DNA of 64,000 bases from a virus, in IMG/VR virus record IMGVR_UViG_3300028569_001145, positions 32,001 to 96,000 of that record; one strand, given 5' to 3'. The position numbers and the translations under genes were made by a program. Of this stretch, positions 8,010-15,617 are shown one piece after another (the stretch's first letter is position 1; each line of letters begins with the position of its first letter). The notes beneath the pieces are model-generated. The model was not told where the DNA came from and did no database searches. It saw only the letters and a program-made list of their open reading frames with translations.

Positions 8010-8645
8010 ATGAGAGTGAAGTATATGCCTTTGGAGGAACTCCTAGAGTTAGAATCTAGAGGGTTTGTTACCATCTACACCAGTCATAGCCCAACAACCG
8101 ACCAGGAAACCTACACCAAGTTAAACCTAAAGAAGTACCATACTAACTTTCAGGACCTTGCCTTCAAATACCGCAAAGTAAACCTAGGTGAAATCTTAGG
8201 TTTTATCGACTGTGAATACTATTCTGATGTAATCAGTCATGTCAATAAAGAAACTAGGTCTATTACTTGGATATACTTGTATGCTAAAGATATTTCACGT
8301 TTATCTTCTTATGATCTTTCACAATCAAAGGGCAAGTATGTTTACATATTAACAAATGAGGCATATCCTGATATATGTAAGATAGGCAAGGCAGTCAATC
8401 CGTCCGATAGGATCAATCAAATAAACGGTGCCGGAACAGTATCGGAATGGGTTCTTAGGTATGCCCTACCGGTAACAAACGACTATAAGGTTGAGAATCT
8501 GGTTCACCGTCATTTGGCTAATGTCCGTAAGGACTCCGACCAAGGCCATGCCCGGGAGTTCTTTGAGGTGTCTTTGGAGGATGCTATAGAGGCTTTGAAT
8601 TACTACGGTAGGGATTTTTTAGACGGGGAGGCTATTTTTTATTAA
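8010..8645 (+). CDS. T5orf172 (GIY-YIG superfamily) domain protein
   Basis: YVYILTN...CKIGKA...RINQIN...ENLVHRHL...REFFEV. Confidence 0.85.
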   Translation: MRVKYMPLEELLELESRGFVTIYTSHSPTTDQETYTKLNLKKYHTNFQDLAFKYRKVNLGEILGFIDCEYYSDVISHVNKETRSITWIYLYAKDISRLSSYDLSQSKGKYVYILTNEAYPDICKIGKAVNPSDRINQINGAGTVSEWVLRYALPVTNDYKVENLVHRHLANVRKDSDQGHAREFFEVSLEDAIEALNYYGRDFLDGEAIFY

Positions 8646-8652
8646 AAAAAGC

Positions 8653-8731
8653 TTGCCTCTAGCTTTAAGTGTTCGTATATTTAGTCATATTTATATATGG
8701 TGGATCGAAAAGCACCGGCAGTTCTTTGACA
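8653..8731 (+). promoter_or_regulatory. Tandem early + late promoters and boxA-like antitermination leader of the RNA cluster
   Basis: TTCGTATATTTAG 8672-8684, TATTTATA 8688-8695, small hairpin, GTTCTTTGACA 8721-8731. Confidence 0.65.
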
Positions 8732-8746
8732 TATTAGAAAAAATTT

Positions 8747-8829
8747 GCAGATGTGGCGAAACTGGTAGACGCACTAGACTTAGGATCTAGCGTTGTAATG
8801 ACATGGGGGTTCGATTCCCTTCATCTGCA
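8747..8829 (+). tRNA. tRNA-Leu(TAG)
   Basis: GCAGATG/CATCTGC acceptor, CTAGA-CTTAGGA-TCTAG anticodon arm, long variable arm. Confidence 0.92.
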
Positions 8830-8835
8830 CAATAA

Positions 8836-8911
8836 GCCCCCTTAGCTCAGTTGGTAGAGCTTCTGATTTGTAATCAGACGGTCGCAGGTTCGAGTCCTGC
8901 AGGTGGCTCCA
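8836..8911 (+). tRNA. tRNA-Thr(TGT)
   Basis: TCTGA-TTTGTAA-TCAGA anticodon arm, GGTTCGAGTCC T arm, encoded CCA. Confidence 0.92.
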
Positions 8912-8914
8912 AAG

Positions 8915-9110
8915 TGAAACTTTTCCTACATAGGACGGATAAGCACCGTTGAAAGAGAACTTGGCTTCGTGGGAGTAGCTACCCAATGAAGTAATCATGT
9001 CCCAAGTTGTAATGTGATGGACCCTGCTCTATGGTGCACTCATAACAGGTGAACAGTAAACTATGTTCAGTCAAATCCACAACTACGGTGAGCGTAGAGG
9101 ATTAGTTTCA
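8915..9110 (+). ncRNA. Candidate ~200-nt structured RNA
   Basis: Closing stem TGAAACT/AGTTTCA with internal helices AACTTGG/CCAAGTT, TGAACA/TGTTCA, AATCC/GGATT, CTACG/CGTAG. Confidence 0.5.
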
Positions 9111-9117
9111 TTTAAAT

Positions 9118-9188
9118 GGCGGATTGGTGTAATGGTAACATATTGGGCTCATAACCCAAAGTTTATAGTTCGAGTCTATAGTCCGCAA
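9118..9188 (+). tRNA. tRNA-fMet(CAT)
   Basis: TTGGG-CTCATAA-CCCAA (three G-C pairs), unpaired 1:72. Confidence 0.85.
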
Positions 9189-9320
9189 CTAAACGTACTT
9201 AGTATCATACCATAAGAACTGCTACTAGGTCTTTTTACAACCTGTACCCTTGAAAAACTCGTATTTAAAGATAAGCAGGTTGGTTCCGAAATAAAAGGGT
9301 AAGAGAATAAGGAACAAAAT

Positions 9321-9393
9321 AGTCAGGTAGCTCAATGGTAGAGCGGGTCCGTAACAGGAGATGCCGTAGCAAGTTCGATTCTTGTCCTGACTA
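9321..9393 (+). ncRNA. tRNA-like unit 1 (73 nt)
   Basis: AGTCAGG/CCTGACT-A acceptor, D arm GCTC-AATGGTA-GAGC, T arm; no canonical anticodon arm. Confidence 0.75.
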
Positions 9394-9418
9394 CAAAAAA
9401 AATTAAAAAATAAATGTT

Positions 9419-9493
9419 ATGAAAGATTATTACATTGACAACAGAGAGTATTACTTATGGTGTATTGAAAATAATGTAATACCATATTGTTAA
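9419..9493 (+). CDS. Possible 24-aa peptide inside the tRNA-like array
   Basis: MKDYYIDNREYYLWCIENNVIPYC after an A-rich leader. Confidence 0.35.
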   Translation: MKDYYIDNREYYLWCIENNVIPYC

Positions 9494-9498
9494 AATAT

Positions 9499-9581
9499 AG
9501 TCAGGTGGCGGAATGGTAGACGCTCCGGGGAATGGACACCGGTTAGAAACCATGTTGCAGGTTCGAATCCTGTCCTGACTA
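9499..9581 (+). ncRNA. tRNA-like unit 2 (83 nt)
   Basis: AGTCAGGTGGCGGAATGGTAGACGC...CAGGTTCGAATCCTGTCCTGACTA. Confidence 0.8.
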
Positions 9582-9665
9582 CAAAGTGTTGTTCCATTGA
9601 GAACGGAATGTATAAGAGTAAGACTAAACGTTGCTACAACACAGAGGATTTCTCACCCTCAACAT

Positions 9666-9762
9666 AGTCAGGTGGCGCAATTGGCAGACGTTGTTCCGAA
9701 GTACAAGGAATGTAAAATGGGTTCATACTCATAGCATGCAAGTTCGAATCTTGCCCTGACTA
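9666..9762 (+). ncRNA. tRNA-like unit 3 (97 nt)
   Basis: Same ends; T stem covaries (GCAAG/CTTGC). Confidence 0.8.
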
Positions 9763-9816
9763 CAAATTCAGTTATCGGTGGGCAAGTCTGAATTAAAACA
9801 AAATCTTGCCCAACAT

Positions 9817-9980
9817 AGTCAGGTGGCGGAATTGTTTGGCGCTGGGATAAAAACTGGGGCCTGAGACATTGGTAGACGCTATTATCTGAGACGCTGGGCG
9901 TGATTCTCGTTCGATTCGAGAAGTAGACTCTGGTGGGAGTAGGCGCAGCTCACTTACAGGTTCGAATCCTGTCCTGACTA
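9817..9980 (+). ncRNA. tRNA-like unit 4 (164 nt) with an extra hairpin insert in the D loop
   Basis: Same ends; ~36-nt insert between GGCGGAAT and TGGTAGACGC plus a long central insert. Confidence 0.8.
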
Positions 9981-10058
9981 CACAGAGTTATCTTATAATT
10001 TATTCTACTCTTTCCAAAAACGGTATAAATTATGGCAGCTTGGAAAGACAAGCAATAC

Positions 10059-10185
10059 AGTCAGGTGGCGGAATGGTAGACGCAGGTTGGTATTAAGTGT
10101 CGGTAATCAAGACGGGTGTATAAGCAATAGAAGCCCTGAGAGAAAAGCACACCTCATCACACAGGTTCGAATCCTGTCCTGACTA
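10059..10185 (+). ncRNA. tRNA-like unit 5 (127 nt)
   Basis: Same ends, unique central insert. Confidence 0.8.
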
Positions 10186-10246
10186 CGGTTCTGTGCTGCC
10201 TAAACGTACAGGAGGATGTCAACTTTCCTCTAACAATAGTTGAGTT

Positions 10247-10319
10247 AGTCAGGTGGCGCAACGGTGACGCTGTGGAGTCGCTCTCTGCATTGATACAGGT
10301 TCGAATCCTGTCCTGACTA
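10247..10319 (+). ncRNA. tRNA-like unit 6 (73 nt)
   Basis: Same ends; central hairpin TGTGGAG-TCGCT-CTCTGCA is not a canonical anticodon loop. Confidence 0.8.
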
Positions 10320-10372
10320 CAAAAATACATCAACGTATTGGGGATCAAACCTCGTTAGGCTCTGGGTATTTT

Positions 10373-10507
10373 AGTCAGGTGGCGGAATTGGTAGACGCTC
10401 ATAAAGTTGTGGAATAGCACTTTGAAAAGAGAAAGCTCACATTATAGTTAGAAGCTATTTATGGATAGTTGCAAATAATACAGGTTCGAATCCTGTCCTG
10501 ACTACCA
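10373..10507 (+). ncRNA. tRNA-like unit 7 (132 nt + encoded CCA)
   Basis: Same ends followed by CCA; unique central insert. Confidence 0.8.
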
Positions 10508-10581
10508 AAAAAAATCGTAGTACCGAAAGGGAACAATGTAGAAGGAACATCTACAGCAGGTTAAGCGATATCCTGTATTTT

Positions 10582-10654
10582 GGACTTTTAGCTTAATTGG
10601 CCAGAGCGTGACACTGATAAAGTCAAGATACAGGTTCAAGTCCTGTAGAGTCCA
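10582..10654 (+). tRNA. tRNA-Ile(GAT)
   Basis: GGACTTT/AGAGTCC acceptor, TGACA-CTGATAA-AGTCA anticodon arm. Confidence 0.8.
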
Positions 10655-10765
10655 CACCTTAAAACCGATTCGGGTTCGTGAACAAGGGAGGCCCGTTCTT
10701 CTCGTGCAAGAAAGAAATCACGTTAAATCTCCTCATTCCAGGTGGCGGCGGTGACCTGGTAATAT

Positions 10766-10837
10766 TACCTCCTCGTCTAACGGCAGGACAAGTGGTTTTG
10801 GTCCACTTAATCGAGGTTCGAATCCTTGGGAAGGTAG
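10766..10837 (+). tRNA. tRNA-Gln(TTG)
   Basis: AGTGG-TTTTGGT-CCACT anticodon arm, GGTTCGAATCC T arm; acceptor has a bulge. Confidence 0.8.
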
Positions 10838-10873
10838 CAATAGAGTTTTTGATTTTTGGACTATTTATATTAA

Positions 10874-11491
10874 ATGGTTAACATATCAAAGCTTAGAAAA
10901 TATCATTTCCTATACAAGACTACTAATCTTGTAAATGGGAAGTACTACTATGGAATGCATTCAACAAATAACCTTAAAGACGGTTATTTAGGCAGTGGAA
11001 AGTACTTATGGTATGCGATTAAAAAATACGGGAAAGAAAATTTTTACATTGAAATTTTAAAGTTCTTTGAAACAAGGGAAGCTTTAATAGAAGCAGAAAA
11101 GAAACTTGTAACTGTTGTCGAAGTTAATAATTCAAATTGTATGAATTTAAAACCCGGAGGTAAGGGGGGATTTAAAGACTCTAAACATAGGGAAGCTTTT
11201 GTTAATAGTATACCTGTAGATAAAAAAAGAGAATATGCATTTAAAAGACATAAACAAGGTGTTTTCGGTTTTAAAGGTAAAAACCATAAACCTGAAACTA
11301 TTGAAAAGATGAAGTTACATAAAGGTAAACAAGCAAAAGAAAAGAATTCTCAGTTCGGAACAAAATGGATTACAAATGAGATTGAAAATAAAAAAATAAA
11401 AGTTACTGATCAGATTCCAGAAGGATGGAGAGCGGGTAGAAAAATAAAGTTGGATTTTAAGCAAGAAGTTCGTATAATTATAGCAACATAA
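10874..11491 (+). CDS. Seg-like GIY-YIG homing endonuclease with NUMOD3
   Basis: FLYKTTNLVNGKYYYG...YLGSG...AIKKYGKENF; KGKNHKPETIEKM; located inside the tRNA cluster. Confidence 0.88.
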   Translation: MVNISKLRKYHFLYKTTNLVNGKYYYGMHSTNNLKDGYLGSGKYLWYAIKKYGKENFYIEILKFFETREALIEAEKKLVTVVEVNNSNCMNLKPGGKGGFKDSKHREAFVNSIPVDKKREYAFKRHKQGVFGFKGKNHKPETIEKMKLHKGKQAKEKNSQFGTKWITNEIENKKIKVTDQIPEGWRAGRKIKLDFKQEVRIIIAT

Positions 11492-11535
11492 AGGGAGTTC
11501 TTTGACATTTTAAAAACAAGAAAGGAAAAAACAAA

Positions 11536-11817
11536 ATGGAAATTACATCATTCGTTTTAGGTATGCTTACGGTTACAGGTTTGGCAATTGCTGTACTTGT
11601 AGTTTTAGGTATAGTTAAGATTTACAACCAAGGCAAGAAAATTGCAGAATTAAAACAATCAATTGGATTAGTTGAAAACAATTCAAACGATTGGATTATG
11701 CAACTAGAAGAACAAATGTGCAGGAATTTTGATGACATTAGACGTGAGTATTCGTCTTATGTAGATTCACGTATTGACAGGCTTCAGTCAAATAAAAAGG
11801 AGGCAATAACTAAATAA
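11536..11817 (+). CDS. Hypothetical membrane-anchored coiled-coil protein
   Basis: N-terminal TM helix; flanked by an inverted repeat (11488-11506 / 11828-11848). Confidence 0.75.
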   Translation: MEITSFVLGMLTVTGLAIAVLVVLGIVKIYNQGKKIAELKQSIGLVENNSNDWIMQLEEQMCRNFDDIRREYSSYVDSRIDRLQSNKKEAITK

Positions 11818-11850
11818 TCATTAACCCGTCAAAGAACTTTTCCTTTATTT

Positions 11851-11924
11851 GGACCTTTAGCTCAGCAGGTTAGAGCAGCGCTCTCATAAAGCGAAGGTCT
11901 CTGGTTCGAATCCAGAATGGTCCA
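11851..11924 (+). tRNA. tRNA with CAT anticodon, likely Ile2 (lysidine) rather than elongator Met
   Basis: GGACCTTTAGCTCAG 5' end, CGCT-CTCATAA-AGCG anticodon arm. Confidence 0.8.
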
Positions 11925-11955
11925 CAACGCAGTCAGATGCCCGTAGCTACGGTTT

Positions 11956-11988
11956 AAGGTCTATCATTAATTTGGTAGGCCTTTTTTT
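11956..11988 (+). terminator. Intrinsic terminator ending the RNA cluster
   Basis: AAGGTCTATCA...TGGTAGGCCTT + T-run. Confidence 0.7.
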
Positions 11989-12009
11989 ATTTTACTATTT
12001 ATCAATGTT

Positions 12010-12162
12010 ATGGCACCAGCAAAAGGAAAATCAAAAACCACTTCAGTTATTACCAGGATTGAAAAGCCTAAAGTACGTCGTCCAGGAGTTCATGCAAAAT
12101 CTAAAACATCTAAACTTAAACAAAGTAGAAATTACAAGAAGCTAAATAGAGGGCAAGGTTAA
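12010..12162 (+). CDS. Small basic protein (50 aa) ending in RGQG
   Basis: MAPAKGKSK...RNYKKLNRGQG, downstream of TATTTAT; not in ORF track. Confidence 0.7.
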   Translation: MAPAKGKSKTTSVITRIEKPKVRRPGVHAKSKTSKLKQSRNYKKLNRGQG

Positions 12163-12198
12163 TTGCTTTCTTCTTATTTTATTCGTATATTTACTGTT

Positions 12199-12429
12199 AT
12201 GAATAGTAGTTGGAGGATTATTGCTTTAAACCCTGATAAGAAGATAGGGGGTGTCTGGAGATTGAAAGATGATAAAAGGTTTTATTTAGGTGATTCTACT
12301 TCTTTCGGCTATATTGCAGAATTTTCAGTACGTAGTGGTTATATGTGGGCAAAGTGCGGTGGATCTAAAGTATACGGTATTCCAGAATTAAGAAGGTTTG
12401 AATACGTTCTTTTAGAAGCTCTTTCCTAA
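12199..12429 (+). CDS. Hypothetical protein
   Basis: ATG just after early promoter TTCGTATATTTA. Confidence 0.6.
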   Translation: MNSSWRIIALNPDKKIGGVWRLKDDKRFYLGDSTSFGYIAEFSVRSGYMWAKCGGSKVYGIPELRRFEYVLLEALS

Positions 12430-12464
12430 GATACTACCTATTTATATAAAAGCGCTTTTTTAAA

Positions 12465-12998
12465 ATGAATAAACAATTTAACAGAATGCAGAAACTTGCC
12501 GGTATACTTACCGAAGGTTTATACACTACTCAAATGGATTTTGAATCTCCTGTTGCTACGGAAGGAAATGAAGTTCATGAGGAGGCGATGGATAATGTAG
12601 AGGGACCTATGCCCGAAGCTAGAAAGATGACCAAGGAGGAATTCAAATCTAAGATCCGTGAGATGATCTTGGCGGAAAGATCTCTTAGTGAAGCTAAGAA
12701 AAAGAAAGATAAAGAAGAGGATACTGCAGAGGAAGATGTTAATGTTGATATGGAACCTACCGGAGAAGAGGATGTTGATATGACTATGGATGTTCCACAG
12801 CCTGGTGATACTTCTATCGATATTAACGGTGACGGTGTTACTGATATTGATGCAGGATCTTCAGAAGCTAAAAAAGCCTTTGGTGATTTAACTGATGCTT
12901 TTCAAGCTGCTAAAGCTTTGGGAGATGAGAAGTTGATCCGTCAAATTGCAAACACAATTACATACTTTAATAAGAATATTATTCTAAAACAGGGTTAA
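12465..12998 (+). CDS. Acidic late protein, putative head-internal protein
   Basis: TATTTATA upstream; RMQKLAGI motif resembling the scaffold C-terminus RFKKLAGL. Confidence 0.6.
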   Translation: MNKQFNRMQKLAGILTEGLYTTQMDFESPVATEGNEVHEEAMDNVEGPMPEARKMTKEEFKSKIREMILAERSLSEAKKKKDKEEDTAEEDVNVDMEPTGEEDVDMTMDVPQPGDTSIDINGDGVTDIDAGSSEAKKAFGDLTDAFQAAKALGDEKLIRQIANTITYFNKNIILKQG

Positions 12999-13019
12999 TC
13001 AAAATATCTGTGTTAGATT

Positions 13020-13048
13020 AAGGGGATATCTTAGGGTATCCCTTTTTT
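13020..13048 (+). terminator. Intrinsic terminator
   Basis: AGGGGATATC-TTAG-GGTATCCCTT + T-run. Confidence 0.75.
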
Positions 13049-13093
13049 ATTTAGGTTTTACGTTACTATCTTCTTATTTATATACAAACTACT

Positions 13094-13525
13094 ATGAATG
13101 CTGATAATGTGTTTGGTCTGTTTGATTCTGAAGAAGTAGGCCCTGATGTTAAGAAGATTACAGATGTAACTCAATACCCTACTATTTTCATAAAGTTATT
13201 TGTTAAGTTTGTTAATAATATAGATCCTCTGAATGAGGTTATGGCTAAGACTTTGAAGAAGATGGGCGGTGATGCTGATCTTGAGAAATTAAAATACGCT
13301 AACAAACTAATATCAGTAGCTAGAGCTTACGAAATAATACAGGAGTTCGATTTCCAGGATAACACACACGTTGAAGCTCTCCTTGAGGAAGATGCAGAAG
13401 AAGTACTTGCTGCTTGTACTTATATGCTACAGGTACTTACTCGATATGAGGAATATGAAAAATGTGCTTTTATTAAAGATTTGAAAGATTTTATAACTTT
13501 TTCTCAAAAGAAGTTGCTTTTGTGA
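13094..13525 (+). CDS. Hypothetical protein
   Basis: ORF with UVR-like EEYEKCAFIKD tail. Confidence 0.7.
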   Translation: MNADNVFGLFDSEEVGPDVKKITDVTQYPTIFIKLFVKFVNNIDPLNEVMAKTLKKMGGDADLEKLKYANKLISVARAYEIIQEFDFQDNTHVEALLEEDAEEVLAACTYMLQVLTRYEEYEKCAFIKDLKDFITFSQKKLLL

Positions 13526-13614
13526 TTCCCTGTTCCTATATTAAGAACATGGGGTTTGAAAAAAAAGTTTGAAAAGAGGTTGGATAAAAGGATGTAAGTT
13601 ATTATATTAAGTAT

Positions 13615-13809
13615 ATGAGATATAGAAATCAAGTAAATGTTAAGTTAGATGTATTAGAAAATAATTTAAGGACATTAGAGCAGATTGTTCAAAGACAGTT
13701 ACCAGTCAAGGAGTATTTAGATACTTTAGAGAAAACTAAGAAAATATTAGAAGATGTGAAAGGTTTGATTAGTATTGAACCAACCACTAATGATGAAATC
13801 TCAAACTAA
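13615..13809 (+). CDS. Hypothetical protein
   Basis: Short ORF after early-type promoter. Confidence 0.65.
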   Translation: MRYRNQVNVKLDVLENNLRTLEQIVQRQLPVKEYLDTLEKTKKILEDVKGLISIEPTTNDEISN

Positions 13810-13823
13810 CCTAAATTAAAGTT

Positions 13824-14612
13824 ATGAACTTAGCAGCAGAACAAATTCAAGCAAATTGGGAAGAATTCTTAGGGTATATTGACCGTTATATTGAATCTCC
13901 TAGAAAAGAGCAATTAACACAATTTTATTTAGACAGACAGGGTAGATTTATTTTGATGCCTGCTGCTAATACTACTAAGTACCATAACTGCTTCCCTGGC
14001 GGTTATGTTGAGCATGTTAATCGAGTAGTTAAAGCTTCTCTACATTTTGCAAAACTCTGGGAGAAGTTTGGATGTGATATGTCTACTTTTACTATTGAAG
14101 AATTAGTTTTTGCTGCTCTCAATCACGATCTAGGTAAGGTAGGTGATACTGAGAATGATTTATATATTCCAGGTCAAGATGAGTGGAGAAGGAAAAACCT
14201 AGGTGAAGTTTATACATATAATACCCAGGTTGCTTTCATGACAGTACCGGACCGTTCTCTATTCTTATTACAGGATGCAGGTATTAGGGTTTCTATGAAC
14301 GAAATGCTTGCGATCAGAACTCATGATGGTCTTTATGATGAAGCAAATAAAGGATATTTAATATCTAGAGTTCCAGAGAGCAGACCTAAATCAGCAATCG
14401 TTTATATCTTACACCAAGCCGACTTAATGGCTTCAGTGGTTGAATTAACTATCAACCCAGTTGAACAACCAAAGTCAAAGCAGTTTGCAATCGCAAAAGA
14501 AACTACTCAAAAGAACCCAGTAACTCATCAACAACAAGCAAAAAATAAAGCTCTTTCAAATGTGCAAAGTGAAGGCTTAAAAAATGCAATGTCTAACTTT
14601 TTTGAAGCATAA
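13824..14612 (+). CDS. HD-domain phosphohydrolase
   Basis: YHNCFPGGYVEH...HDLGK...HDG...HQAD. Confidence 0.85.
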   Translation: MNLAAEQIQANWEEFLGYIDRYIESPRKEQLTQFYLDRQGRFILMPAANTTKYHNCFPGGYVEHVNRVVKASLHFAKLWEKFGCDMSTFTIEELVFAALNHDLGKVGDTENDLYIPGQDEWRRKNLGEVYTYNTQVAFMTVPDRSLFLLQDAGIRVSMNEMLAIRTHDGLYDEANKGYLISRVPESRPKSAIVYILHQADLMASVVELTINPVEQPKSKQFAIAKETTQKNPVTHQQQAKNKALSNVQSEGLKNAMSNFFEA

Positions 14613-14902
14613 TGGGACTACTTGTAAGCATATTAGGGATACTTGTTTTAGTTTTAGGGTATACAACCTTTAACCTTTTACGTAAAAATGAGAAACAGGA
14701 AGATGTGCTTGCACAATACCTAACATACATGGATAACATATCTAAACAGATAGAATATTCTGATGTAAAGTTAAATCAAATAGACGCTAAGGGTATCTTT
14801 AAATCTGATGATGAAATAGGTTGGTTTTTTGAACAGATAAAGAATCTGCAATTACAGTTAAATAATTTTAAATTACTCGATGACGGCAGAAGCAAAAAAT
14901 AA
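14612..14902 (+). CDS. Hypothetical membrane protein
   Basis: N-terminal TM helix. Confidence 0.7.
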   Translation: MGLLVSILGILVLVLGYTTFNLLRKNEKQEDVLAQYLTYMDNISKQIEYSDVKLNQIDAKGIFKSDDEIGWFFEQIKNLQLQLNNFKLLDDGRSKK

Positions 14903-15617
14903 AAATTACTTTACTCATGATACTGAACTTGCTATTATAAAATATAACATAACAGAAGATCTAGGGGAACGTAATAAGATATACCGGGAAGAGATTCATT
15001 ATCCGTTATTTAAGTTAACGCAGAACCTAATACATACGTTTAAATTCTATTATACAGAAGAAACAAATCTAGAAGATCTTCAACATGAGGTCATTACCTT
15101 TTTGCTAACCAAACTGGATAAGTTTAATCCTGAGAAAGGAGCTAAGGCATATTCATACTTTGGAACGATAGCAAAAAGATACTTGATTGCATCTAATCAG
15201 AAAAACTATAAAAAGAGGTTAGAACTACTATCATTAGATAGTTTAAATATCGAACAAGAGGATGGTGAATTCGTATATGGAGATACTTTAGATACCTCCG
15301 AGATTACCCCAGAGACCTTACTAACTCAAGAATTAGAAGATATAACAGAATTTCTAAACGCTTATATTGAGCATTGTACAGAGAATATCTACATTATATT
15401 TCCCAACAGTGATGACGCTAAGATAGCAGATGCTATTTTAAATCTATTTAGAAGAAGAGATAAAATTTCAATCTTTAATAAAAAAGCACTCTACATTTAC
15501 ATAAGGGAGCAAGTTGATATTAAAACTCCTAAGATCACTAGGATTGCTAACGAATTGCGAGATATCTTTAATAGAGAGTATGTTTTTTATCTAGAGAATG
15601 GGTATGTTAATTTCTAA
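14880..15617 (+). CDS. Phage late-transcription sigma factor (gp55-like)
   Basis: KNYFT start; LDKFNPEKGAKAYSYFGTIAKRYLI resembles gp55/sigma region 2. Confidence 0.65.
   Translation: MTAEAKNKNYFTHDTELAIIKYNITEDLGERNKIYREEIHYPLFKLTQNLIHTFKFYYTEETNLEDLQHEVITFLLTKLDKFNPEKGAKAYSYFGTIAKRYLIASNQKNYKKRLELLSLDSLNIEQEDGEFVYGDTLDTSEITPETLLTQELEDITEFLNAYIEHCTENIYIIFPNSDDAKIADAILNLFRRRDKISIFNKKALYIYIREQVDIKTPKITRIANELRDIFNREYVFYLENGYVNF

Noticed and set aside
9321-10507. CRISPR array interpretation of the repeated AGTCAGG.../...CCTGACTA blocks
   Set aside because: Two different alternating repeats form tRNA arms, spacing is highly irregular, and no cas genes are in the window.
9321-10507. Ordinary tRNAs with group I introns
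   Set aside because: Inserts are far too short and lack group I core elements; no canonical anticodon arm is restored by an obvious excision.
8780-10881. ORFs 8780..8998(-), 10157..10348(-), 10678..10881(+)
   Set aside because: They overlap tRNAs or tRNA-like units.
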